A model generated the notes under the pieces. It saw only the letters and a list, made by a program, of their open reading frames with translations. It did not search any database and was not told the DNA's origin. The translations under genes and the position numbers were made by a program. 64,000 bases of DNA, taken from NCBI GenBank assembly GCA_023265395.1, contig JAHFTX010000008.1, positions 9,604 to 73,603 of the forward strand. The letters are read 5' to 3'. This DNA comes from Thermoplasmata archaeon. GTDB taxonomy: Archaea; Thermoplasmatota; DTKX01; JAHFTX01. Each line of letters starts with the position of its first letter. The first letter of the stretch is position 1. Shown in pieces: positions 47,943 through 56,955 of this stretch.

Positions 47943-49073
47943 GTGGAGACCGTGCAATCGCTTATCGAGGCCGCGCTTGCGAAGGGGAACTCAACGACCC
48001 CCGCGCATCTGCAGAAGTTCCAGAACGTCGAATCCCCTGATGACATGGAATTGGAGGAGCTCGTCAAGGGGCTCCAGCTGAGCATCAAGGTGGTCGGCTG
48101 TGGCGGGGGCGGTTGCAACACCGTGACCCGCCTGATGGAGGAAGGTGTGGTGGGCGCCGAGCTGCTCGCTGCCAACACCGACGCGCGGCACTTGGTCAAC
48201 GTCCATGCCCACCGCAAGGTCTTGATCGGGCGTCACCGCACCCGGGGTCTGGGAGCCGGAGGCAACCCCGCCCAAGGCGAAGCATCGGCGCAGGAAGCCG
48301 ACGAAGAGCTCCGCGGCCTGATCAAGGGTGCGCACATCGTCTTCGTGACCGCAGGCATGGGCGGCGGAACGGGTACGGGCTCGGCCCCGTACGTCGCGCA
48401 CATCGCCAAGCAGGAGGGTGCCCTCGTGATATCCTTCGTCACCACCCCCTTCCACGGCGAGGGGCGGCAGCGCATGAGCACCGCGCAAGCTGGCGTCGCC
48501 AAGCTGGCTGGGATCGCCGACACCGTCGTCGTCCTCAACAACGACAAGCTCTTGCAGGTCAGCCCCAAGCTGCCCCTCAATGACGCCTTCCGCGTCCTCG
48601 ACGAGCTGCTGATGAACTCCATCAAAGCCTTGATCGAGCTGATAACCAAGCCCGGTCTGGTCAACGTCGACTACAACGACCTGCGGACCATCATGTCCGG
48701 GGGTGGCGTTTCGGTGATGGGGCTGGCCTCGACTGATGAGACCAGCAACCGCGCCGAAGCAGCAGTCAACGAGCTGTTCGGCTCCCCGTTCCTCGAGTAC
48801 GACATCAGCCGTGCCAGCGGAGCATTGATCAAGGTCACCGGCGGCCCCGACCTCACCCTCTCGGAGGCGCAGAAGGTCGCGGAACTACTCCAGACGCGAA
48901 TCAACCCCAACGCCCGAATCATCTGGGGCGCGGGCATCGAACCCGACATGAGCGGGCAGTTGCGCGTGATGATGGTGGTCACGGGTGTCGATGGCTCGGG
49001 CCTGACTGGATCGTCTGTCGCGCCGCGTGCCCAGGCCGGTGGCAAGTCTTTCGGTCTCGACGTGATGCAGTAA
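47943..49073 (+). CDS. ftsZ: Cell division protein FtsZ
   Basis: VVGCGGGGCN, ANTDA.HL, GLGAGG.P..G, AGMGGGTGTG, PF..EG..R, T7 loop NVDYND, IIWGA. Confidence 0.97.
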   Translation: METVQSLIEAALAKGNSTTPAHLQKFQNVESPDDMELEELVKGLQLSIKVVGCGGGGCNTVTRLMEEGVVGAELLAANTDARHLVNVHAHRKVLIGRHRTRGLGAGGNPAQGEASAQEADEELRGLIKGAHIVFVTAGMGGGTGTGSAPYVAHIAKQEGALVISFVTTPFHGEGRQRMSTAQAGVAKLAGIADTVVVLNNDKLLQVSPKLPLNDAFRVLDELLMNSIKALIELITKPGLVNVDYNDLRTIMSGGGVSVMGLASTDETSNRAEAAVNELFGSPFLEYDISRASGALIKVTGGPDLTLSEAQKVAELLQTRINPNARIIWGAGIEPDMSGQLRVMMVVTGVDGSGLTGSSVAPRAQAGGKSFGLDVMQ

Positions 49074-49215
49074 CGACTGCGATCGCAGGGGGGCCCCCCT
49101 CCCTGCCATCCGTCCAGTCCAGCTCGTTGTGGGGGCCCCATGGGCCCCCACCCCTGGCCAAACCTTTCGTGGAAAAGGCCTTAGCCGGGGCCCAGGCATC
49201 CTGATTCTCGTGTAT

Positions 49216-50112
49216 ATGCGCGACTGTACCGGCAGGCAGCGCCCTTCGCTGGGTAAGGGTTGGCACCGTGGCATTGCCATCGTTGCGATGGTGGGGGCGT
49301 TGCTCCTCATGCCCTTCGTCGTGAGTGCCGCCAGCGGCCCCGACCTGCAGTTGCGCGATTCGGAGCTGCAAGTCAGTGGCGGAGCGTCCCCAGGGCCTGT
49401 AGTCGGAGATATCCTGCAGGTCAGCGGTATCATCCACAATGTCGGCAGTGTCGCCAGCGGCGTCACGCTCGAACTGCGGGTGGGCGATGCCGTCGTCCAG
49501 CGCCAGCCGATTCTAGGTACCATCGCCAGCGACACTCCTTTCACCTTGCCGTGGAACACAAGTGGCGTGGCCCCTGGGACAGTGACGCTGCGAGTCAGCG
49601 CACTCGTCACCAACGATACCTCACCGCTCGACAACATCGCGGTGGTGAGCCTTCTGCTGGCCCCTTCCGCGGGCAACGGAGGGCGTCTGGAGGTCCTCGA
49701 CCTCGTCCTCAGTGACGGCACGCCCGTGGCCCAACAGGACGTGGAGGTGCGGTTCACGGTGCGGAACGTCGGCAACGCGAGCGCGACCACCGATGTCACG
49801 CTCAAGGACGGCACGAAGGTCATCCAGCGATGGGCTGGCCAGACCATCGGAGCGGGTGAGTCGCGTACGTATGAGGCGACCCACGCCTTTGTCGGCGGGG
49901 ATCGGACCGTACGGGTGGTGATGAGCAGCCATCCCGAGGCGACCTATGCTCGGCGGATCGTCGTCGAGGCGGGGCAACGGACAGCCTGCGCCCTTGCGGT
50001 CCCAACAGTGGTACTTCCCCTGGGGCTGCTCAAACTGCGCACTCATCGTCGATCTCGCGGAGATATCCAGGCTGGACCATCGGGAGACGGCGCGCCGCGC
50101 GATCCGGAGTGA
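49216..50112 (+). CDS. Secreted two-CARDB-domain protein with Cys-containing C-terminal anchor
   Basis: Signal helix, two 'I/V.N.G..A' CARDB modules, C-terminal TACALAVPTVVLPLGLLKLRTHRR. Confidence 0.7.
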   Translation: MRDCTGRQRPSLGKGWHRGIAIVAMVGALLLMPFVVSAASGPDLQLRDSELQVSGGASPGPVVGDILQVSGIIHNVGSVASGVTLELRVGDAVVQRQPILGTIASDTPFTLPWNTSGVAPGTVTLRVSALVTNDTSPLDNIAVVSLLLAPSAGNGGRLEVLDLVLSDGTPVAQQDVEVRFTVRNVGNASATTDVTLKDGTKVIQRWAGQTIGAGESRTYEATHAFVGGDRTVRVVMSSHPEATYARRIVVEAGQRTACALAVPTVVLPLGLLKLRTHRRSRGDIQAGPSGDGAPRDPE

Positions 50113-50119
50113 CCCTCTC

Positions 50120-50764
50120 ATGGGCAAGGCGTGGTTGCGCGATCGGCGACGTGATGGCTACTACCGGATGGCCAAACGCCTGAACTATCGCTCTCGTGCT
50201 TCCTTCAAGATATTCCAGATCGATGACCGGTATCGGATCTTCCGACCTGGGGGGTTGGTCGTCGACCTGGGTGCCTCGCCGGGGGGGTGGAGCCAAGCAG
50301 CGGCCGAGCGGGTCGCCCCCAATGGGTTGGTCGTCGCCGTCGATACCGCGACGATGGCACCTCTCGAACGCGTCACCGTGTTGCGGGGCGACGTCCGCAG
50401 CGAGGAGACTCGACGAGACATCCTTGGAGCATTGGCGGGCCGCCATCCCAACGTCGTCCTCTCCGACATGTCCCCCAACTTGGCGGGTAACGCCTCCCTC
50501 GATCAGTCGCGGTCCGCTGAGCTGGCGCAATCGGCGCTCGATGTCGCCCGCTCGCTCCTGCGGTCACGGGGTCATCTGGTGGTCAAGATCTTCCAAGGAG
50601 AGGACTTCCCTGAGTTCTTGCGACAAGTCCGTGCGGACTTCCGATTCACCAAGGCCCACAGCCCCAAGGCCAGCCGCTCGGCGAGCAGTGAGATCTACAT
50701 CGTGGCCAAGGGCTATCGCGGTCCACCTGGAGACGATTCCGAGGAGAGCGCATCGGAGGAGTGA
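50120..50764 (+). CDS. rlmE: 23S rRNA 2'-O-methyltransferase RlmE (FtsJ)
   Basis: D.YYR.AK...YRSRA.FK, VVDLGASPGGWSQ, VLSDMSP, VVKIFQG, PKASR..S.E.Y (K-D-K-E tetrad). Confidence 0.95.
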   Translation: MGKAWLRDRRRDGYYRMAKRLNYRSRASFKIFQIDDRYRIFRPGGLVVDLGASPGGWSQAAAERVAPNGLVVAVDTATMAPLERVTVLRGDVRSEETRRDILGALAGRHPNVVLSDMSPNLAGNASLDQSRSAELAQSALDVARSLLRSRGHLVVKIFQGEDFPEFLRQVRADFRFTKAHSPKASRSASSEIYIVAKGYRGPPGDDSEESASEE

Positions 50765-50810
50765 TTCCTCCGGTGCCCCGGACCTCTCTTCTCCCGTTGT
50801 GGGACGTGAC

Positions 50811-50821
50811 GAAAGGTTAAT
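50811..50821 (+). promoter_or_regulatory. BRE/TATA promoter
   Basis: GAAAGGTTAAT about 30 nt upstream of ATG 50850. Confidence 0.6.
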
Positions 50822-50849
50822 CCCCCAAGGACAGGACCTGTTCATCTCG

Positions 50850-53800
50850 ATGGTCCGCAGCATCGCTCCTTGGCCATCCTATGGGAACGGGCGTGCCTGG
50901 TACGCCCACACCGGGTCGGCCACCCTGGTGGTCCTGCTGGTCTTTGCCGCCTTCCCGCTGGGTTCGATTGGCACGATTCCGTTGCAATACAACCTCGGAA
51001 CCGGACTGGCGGGGATGCCCCAGGGCTTCGTTGCTGAGCAGGACAACCAGAACCTGGGGTTCTCGACCGGCTCGGGGACTCCGCTCAGTATCGTCGGTGA
51101 CCTCAATGGGGATGGATACGAGGACCTCGCGATCGGCTCTCCTACGTTCGACCAGGGTCTCAACAACCGTGGACGGGTGTATCTGTTCTTCGGACCAGGA
51201 AAGCAGTGGAATGCCAGCACTACGGTAGGAAGTGCTGATGTGATCCTCACTGGTGAAGCTGCCGAAGATCAGCTGGGGATGGCACTCAGTGGTGTCGGTG
51301 ATGTCAATGATGACGGGATCGACGACATGGCTATCGGCGCGCCACGAAGCGACCGCGGTGCTGGCGATTCTGGTTGCGTCTACCTTCTTTTCGGTCACAC
51401 CGGTCCATGGTCCGGAGGCGACATCTCCACCCTCCCCGGGGTCATGGTGCTGCTGGGGAACACCGGCTCCGAGTTCGCAGGTTCGGCAATCGCTGGCGGC
51501 GGTGACATCGATGACGACGGGATCGCCGACCTCGTGGTAGGCGCGCCCAATTGGATGGGTCTAGCTGCAAACGCTGGTGCGGCTTACCTCATCCGCGGTC
51601 GTCCGACCTGGCCAACTTCCCCGGTGTTCCTGGGCAATAGCGGCACGCGTATCTACGCCGACTCACAGGGATTGGCCGGCACACAGGTCTCCCTCGATGG
51701 AGACCTCGATGGCGACGGGTTCGATGACCTGGTCATCGGAGCGCCACAGTTCATGAGTCCTGCTCCGCAGGCGGGCCGAGTCTACCTCATCCGAGGAGGT
51801 GCAGGTCCCTGGCCCAGCTCGATCCCGGTGGAGACCGCTGCCAATGGGATCATCACCGGGCTCCGCTCGCAACACCATATCGGTGTCTCGCTGGACATCA
51901 TCGGAGACGCCAATGGCGATGGCCGCGATGACCTTCTCCTAGGCTCACCGGACAACAACCTCGCCAACAGTTCGCTGCCCGAGTGCTATCTGCACCAGGG
52001 GAGCGCCAACTTCTTCGGCGCGATGACAGACGTCAGCGCTGCGACGAGCGTCCTGACCACGACCATCGGCGGGGGGCGGTTGTGCAGAAGCATCGTGGGC
52101 GTAGGCGACATCGATGATGACGGCATGGCAGACATCGCCATCGGGGCACCCTACGCCTTCGATCAAGGGCTGGGCACGACGTATCTGCTCCAAGGTCGGG
52201 CGAGCTGGCCCCCCAGCGCCGATATCAGCAGTCTTGCAGGGGCGACCTATTTGGCGGAAGGCAACCCCGCCGCGGGGGGATTCACGCTAGGTGCAGGGGG
52301 GGATATCGATGATGATGGATTGCCCGACCTGCTAGTGAGCCAGCCCGACCTCTCAGCGAGCGGACCAAACCGGGGGAAGGTGAGTCTCATCCACCCGACC
52401 CATGAGCCGGGCCCTACGACGATCTTGAGCTTGACGGTCTACGGCGACGCAGCTCATGCAGTGCCCATCAGCGTCGCGAGCCCAGGCCAGCGACTGTACC
52501 TGAGGATCGAGGGGACAGGGGGGGACCTCCAGGCACGTGACCTCACCAAGCTGCATCTGCAGGTCGATGACGGATCAGGGCCGGTGGTCCCGCTGGTTCT
52601 TCGGGAGACTGACGTCCAGAGTCATCTGTTCGACGGCGAGGTCACGCTCGGCGCCAAGACCAACCCTGATGCAGCAATCCTCGGTGCGGCGCTCGGTGAT
52701 GACATCCTGCTGACATCGGCGGCCAACCCTGCGATCACGGCGCTCCTCCCCGTGGTTCCCCTTGAGGTCCATCTGGACCCTTCTGATGGGAACCTGACCG
52801 AGGATGACGTGGTGACCTTCACGGCCAGCGTGGTCAATGGGACCGCCAGCAGCCTGACTCTTGCCACCACTGCCCCGTTCCTGGACGTGGATGCCGACCT
52901 CCACACTGCCACAGGTACTCCCAACAATGGCGACATCGGGACTTACACGCTGACCGCCACCGCCATCGACCGCTGGAGCGGCCTACAGGTCGATCGGACC
53001 CTAGGCTTGACAGTCGTGAACACCCCCCCGACGATCTTGACCATCGATGTGCCCCTGGCTCTCGTCGGCAGCGAGTACCGGGTGCCCTACCGGAGTGACG
53101 ACGACGGGCAGGGATTCACGAGTTGGGCGCTGCTCGAAGCACCTGCCTGGTTGGACATCGAGGCGGCGACGACCGAGCTCTTCGGGACTCCACAACCCAG
53201 CGATGTTGGGACGGATGCAGTCTCTCTGCGCGTCGACGACGGCAATGGGGGGAGGACGTTCGCCAATTTCAGCATCGAGGTCCGTGCGTTGCAAGAAGCC
53301 CCCTTGATTACGAGCACGAACCTCCCCGATGCCTTCGAGGATAGCCTGTATCAGGCCAACTTGACAGCGGCGAGCCCCCTGGGTCTGCCGCTGACCTGGT
53401 CCCTTCAGACCAACGCGACCTGGCTGACCCTCGACCCGCAGAGCGGTCGGCTCAGCGGGACGCCTCGGAACGAGCAGGTGGGTCAGACGATGTTGCAGCT
53501 GCGAGTCTCAGACCCCCAGGACCGCAACGACTCGCGCACGATTGTCCTCGAGGTGCAGAACACCAATGACCCCCCGCTCTTCTTGACCGACCCCCCAGGC
53601 GTCGTCACTGTCGGGGAGACGTTCCACTACTCACCCGGGACCCAGGATCCTGATGTGGGTGACGATGTGGCGGTGATCCTCCGAGTCGGTCCTACGGGGA
53701 TGGCCTTGCAGGGGGACCCGCCGATCCTGCAGTGGGTGCCCACTGTCGGCGATGGTGGGATCACGACGGTCGAGCTCGTCGCCAGCGATGGCGATTCCCA

Positions 53801-56156
53801 GACGGTCCTTGCCTTCTCGCTACTGGTCAATCTTGCTCCACGTATCGACATCGCACCTCCTGCGACCGTCCGTGCCGGGGACCTCTACCTTTTCGACATC
53901 CCCGTCACCGATGATGGTCACGCCGCCCCGGTGTCCTTCTCGCTTTCCTCAGCCCCTGCGGGGATGACGGTGGGCCTCTCCGATGGCCAGTTGCGATGGT
54001 CCCCCACCGCGACGGACGTCGGGAATCTGAGCGTCACGCTGGTCATCGCCGATGGGATTGTCGCTGTGCCGTTCCCTTTCACGATCACCGTGCTGCCCAC
54101 GGATGCCCCTGCGCCCCCCCAGATCGAGCTCGTCGCCCCGGGCGAGGGCGCGGCGGTGCACACCACCGTCCCGCTCTTGCGATGGCGCATCACCGATGGC
54201 GGCGAGGGGCCAGTTCGATGCACCGTACTCCTCTCGGTCGACCGGGCATCGGTCGGCACACGAGACCCCGCTGCCCGGATCGGCGCGACACCAACGGGTG
54301 TCGAGCAGCTGCAGCTGACCGATTCACTTGTGCCCGGTACGACCTACTTCTGGAGCGTCCTGGCCGAGGATAGTCTGTGGCAGGTGGCGTCGCAACCTCC
54401 CCGCAGTTTCACCATCTCAGCCGTTGCGACGGAGGACTGGCCTCCGCTTCCGCAGGGCCCGGAGCGCTGGGTCACCGTGGCGGGGAGCAATGGCACCGTC
54501 CAACTCAACGGCACGGACCCGGAGCATGTCCGGATCGGCTTCCTGCTCGAGGAAGGGCCGAGTGGGCTATCGATTAGCCCCGAGGGTCTCGTCCACTGGC
54601 GCACCAGCCGTGCCGACATCGGCACCCACACGGTCCGCTACCTCGTTGACGACGGTGTCAGTCAGAGCGAGGGCCTGCTCATCATCGAAGTGCGGGGAGT
54701 CCCGATCCATGATGCCGGGCTACCCCTCGGGGTGCTCGCCCTGATCGCGGCCCTGGGGCTGGTCGCCACGGGTGTGGGCCTCCTCGTGTGGCGGCAGCGG
54801 CAGGGTCGGGCACCCGTCCCGCCAACCATCCTCAGTCCACCACCGCCGGCCATCGGTGTCGAGCCATTCCATGTCGCTTCAGTGCTCCTGCTGCATCAGG
54901 ATGGTCGATTGCTCCAGCACCTGCTCCCCTCTGGCGCCGAGTCGCTGGGTCAGGGCAACGCCACGGAGGCCGATATCGTCGGGGCGATGCTCGTGGCCAT
55001 CCAAGGTTTCGTGCAGCAGTCCTTTGCCACGGACCGCGGATTGGACCGTTTTGGCTTTGACCGTTTCACGGTGGTTCTGCGATCCCAAGGTCCGCTTCTG
55101 GGGGCGGTGGTGGTCGAAGGCACCCCACCGGCCCAGCTGGAGGACTTGCTCGAGCGAATCGTCGTCAGCCTCCACGCGGAATATGGCGCACTGCTGGAGG
55201 TGTGGGACGGCGACCCTGCAGCCATGGTCGCGATGGGGCCGTCACTGACCCAGCTGTTGGAACTCGAGCAGCACCTCGAGGTGCGCACCGACTTGGCACC
55301 GATCAAGGTACGCTCGGCGATGGAGTACTTCCAGGGTTACCTGCGACTCAAGGTCTCAGTCGCGAACAATGGTGCGACGCCGGCGTCCTCGGTTCGGCTG
55401 ACCCTTCGGTATGACCACTCCTACCTGCGCCTTGCTCGTATCGAACCTGAGTTGGCGCGCCAAGAGGACACCGTTACCTTGGGGGAGGTCCCAAGCGGGG
55501 AGCGGCGGGCGGTCGCCTTCCTGCTCGACCCTCTGATCTGCCAAGAGAGCGTGCTGCGAGCCGATCTCAGCTATACCGATGGCGCGGGGGCACCTCAGAC
55601 GATGCAGATGAAGGAACGACACGTCGATGTGGTCTGCCCAGTGTTCTACACACCGCAGACGGTCAACGTCGCGATCCTCCGCCGACTCTTGGCAAGATCG
55701 ACTGTGCACGACCTGCGTCGCTATCGCCCGGCCACGGGCGGCACCCTCCACGAGCTGTATCTGAAGGTCAAGGACGTCATCGCGGGCTATGACATTCGGC
55801 TGGTCCGTGAGCTCGAGGGGTCGGACACGCAGAGTGTCGGGGATACGGAGAGCGCCACCCCCGGGACCAGTGCCGTGGCGTGGTTCTACGGGAAGGTCCC
55901 CGCGACCAGCGAGGAGCTGGTCGTCGCAGTCATTGCCAATTCTGACGCCCAGGCCGTCGATGTCACGGTCACCTGTTCGAACCTTGCCTCGCTGACCGGA
56001 TTGCTTGCAGACATCGCCCACCAGGTCGGTCGTGTCATCCCCGGGGTCCTCACCGACGAAGGAGAGGACGAACAGCAGGTGCTCGAGCGCGCCCTGCGGT
56101 TGCTGCAGCTGCTCGACCCAGAAGAGGGTCCGGATCAGGGCCGTAGCAGCAAGTAG
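50850..56156 (+). CDS. Integrin-alpha-like (7x FG-GAP) single-pass receptor with Ig stalk and large cytoplasmic region
   Basis: Signal helix, seven GDxxxDGxxD...GAP-type repeats, He_PIG/cadherin-like Ig repeats, TM at about 54720-54790, about 450-aa cytoplasmic part. The ORF-track start at 50196 overlaps rlmE and is rejected. Confidence 0.88.
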   Translation: MVRSIAPWPSYGNGRAWYAHTGSATLVVLLVFAAFPLGSIGTIPLQYNLGTGLAGMPQGFVAEQDNQNLGFSTGSGTPLSIVGDLNGDGYEDLAIGSPTFDQGLNNRGRVYLFFGPGKQWNASTTVGSADVILTGEAAEDQLGMALSGVGDVNDDGIDDMAIGAPRSDRGAGDSGCVYLLFGHTGPWSGGDISTLPGVMVLLGNTGSEFAGSAIAGGGDIDDDGIADLVVGAPNWMGLAANAGAAYLIRGRPTWPTSPVFLGNSGTRIYADSQGLAGTQVSLDGDLDGDGFDDLVIGAPQFMSPAPQAGRVYLIRGGAGPWPSSIPVETAANGIITGLRSQHHIGVSLDIIGDANGDGRDDLLLGSPDNNLANSSLPECYLHQGSANFFGAMTDVSAATSVLTTTIGGGRLCRSIVGVGDIDDDGMADIAIGAPYAFDQGLGTTYLLQGRASWPPSADISSLAGATYLAEGNPAAGGFTLGAGGDIDDDGLPDLLVSQPDLSASGPNRGKVSLIHPTHEPGPTTILSLTVYGDAAHAVPISVASPGQRLYLRIEGTGGDLQARDLTKLHLQVDDGSGPVVPLVLRETDVQSHLFDGEVTLGAKTNPDAAILGAALGDDILLTSAANPAITALLPVVPLEVHLDPSDGNLTEDDVVTFTASVVNGTASSLTLATTAPFLDVDADLHTATGTPNNGDIGTYTLTATAIDRWSGLQVDRTLGLTVVNTPPTILTIDVPLALVGSEYRVPYRSDDDGQGFTSWALLEAPAWLDIEAATTELFGTPQPSDVGTDAVSLRVDDGNGGRTFANFSIEVRALQEAPLITSTNLPDAFEDSLYQANLTAASPLGLPLTWSLQTNATWLTLDPQSGRLSGTPRNEQVGQTMLQLRVSDPQDRNDSRTIVLEVQNTNDPPLFLTDPPGVVTVGETFHYSPGTQDPDVGDDVAVILRVGPTGMALQGDPPILQWVPTVGDGGITTVELVASDGDSQTVLAFSLLVNLAPRIDIAPPATVRAGDLYLFDIPVTDDGHAAPVSFSLSSAPAGMTVGLSDGQLRWSPTATDVGNLSVTLVIADGIVAVPFPFTITVLPTDAPAPPQIELVAPGEGAAVHTTVPLLRWRITDGGEGPVRCTVLLSVDRASVGTRDPAARIGATPTGVEQLQLTDSLVPGTTYFWSVLAEDSLWQVASQPPRSFTISAVATEDWPPLPQGPERWVTVAGSNGTVQLNGTDPEHVRIGFLLEEGPSGLSISPEGLVHWRTSRADIGTHTVRYLVDDGVSQSEGLLIIEVRGVPIHDAGLPLGVLALIAALGLVATGVGLLVWRQRQGRAPVPPTILSPPPPAIGVEPFHVASVLLLHQDGRLLQHLLPSGAESLGQGNATEADIVGAMLVAIQGFVQQSFATDRGLDRFGFDRFTVVLRSQGPLLGAVVVEGTPPAQLEDLLERIVVSLHAEYGALLEVWDGDPAAMVAMGPSLTQLLELEQHLEVRTDLAPIKVRSAMEYFQGYLRLKVSVANNGATPASSVRLTLRYDHSYLRLARIEPELARQEDTVTLGEVPSGERRAVAFLLDPLICQESVLRADLSYTDGAGAPQTMQMKERHVDVVCPVFYTPQTVNVAILRRLLARSTVHDLRRYRPATGGTLHELYLKVKDVIAGYDIRLVRELEGSDTQSVGDTESATPGTSAVAWFYGKVPATSEELVVAVIANSDAQAVDVTVTCSNLASLTGLLADIAHQVGRVIPGVLTDEGEDEQQVLERALRLLQLLDPEEGPDQGRSSK

Positions 56157-56272
56157 AGGATGACGATCGCCCCCAGGGCAGTCATCGCGTTGGTGGCGAT
56201 GACTGCGGCTTTGAAGAGCCGCGTGCGGCCCTGCTCGGAGCGCCAGTAGGTTTGGAGCCAGCGGTTGAGCAT
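56135..56272 (-). CDS. Small single-TM protein, 45 aa, directly after atpD (not in ORF track)
   Basis: MLNRWLQTYWRSEQGRTRLFKAAVIATNAMTALGAIVILYLLLRP*. An alternative in-frame GTG at 56287 abuts the atpD stop. Confidence 0.62.
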   Translation of the reverse strand: MLNRWLQTYWRSEQGRTRLFKAAVIATNAMTALGAIVILYLLLRP

Positions 56273-56287
56273 CAGTGACGCGCCCAC

Positions 56288-56920
56288 TCAGGCCTGGCCT
56301 TTGGCCTTGATCCGCTTGAGTCGGAAGGTGTTCTCCCGTTCCATCTCCTCGAGACGGAGGCGGACGAACGCTGCTGCCTCGTCGAGCTCCGGGATCACCT
56401 TGAACTCCAGGGCGTTGACGCGCCGCTTGGTCTTCTCGATGTCGTCGAGGAGCTTGCGCATGGTGGTCTCGAGCTCTGCCGCGGCGATGATCTTCTCGAC
56501 GAGGGCCTCGTAGGCCTTGGCGGCCTCGTCGATTCGCGCGGAGGTTCCGATGACCCCATACCCTCGTTGCGTCAGCTTCTTGGCGATGCCAGAGGAGGTG
56601 ATCTTCGGGACCACGACCCCCATGATGTTCTTCGAGGCGACCTGGATCGTAGGTTTTTCCTTGAGGGCGAAGGCTGCGCTCTTGACAGCGATGACTCCTT
56701 CCACCGCCTCGGCGATGGCGATTCGTTCATCGGCCGCCCTATAGTCGGCCACCAGCTGGGCACGGATCCCCTTGGCCCGCTCGAGCATGTTGAAGAACTC
56801 GATGATCAGGCCATCCCGTTTGAGTTTGAGCAGCTTGTGCCCGCTCTGGGAGAGCTTGATCCTCTTCTTGAGGGCCAGCAGCTCCGAGCGGTTGGGCTTG
56901 ATGTCATCCTTGATGGCCAT
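56288..56920 (-). CDS. atpD: A/V-type ATP synthase subunit D
   Basis: KP.R.EL..LK.RI.L...GHKLLK.KRD.L, NIMGV.VP, IEKTKRRVNALE..VIP, LEE.ERE..FRLK. Confidence 0.96.
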   Translation of the reverse strand: MAIKDDIKPNRSELLALKKRIKLSQSGHKLLKLKRDGLIIEFFNMLERAKGIRAQLVADYRAADERIAIAEAVEGVIAVKSAAFALKEKPTIQVASKNIMGVVVPKITSSGIAKKLTQRGYGVIGTSARIDEAAKAYEALVEKIIAAAELETTMRKLLDDIEKTKRRVNALEFKVIPELDEAAAFVRLRLEEMERENTFRLKRIKAKGQA

Positions 56921-56955
56921 CGTCCGCACCTCGTGTCCGATTCAGCGGTGGGCGC

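Noticed and set aside
50196-50849. N-terminal extensions in the ORF track (50196, 9921, 16046, 18607, 23998, 58584 etc.)
   Set aside because: They overlap neighbouring genes or promoters; downstream starts fit motifs, SD sequences and TATA spacing better.
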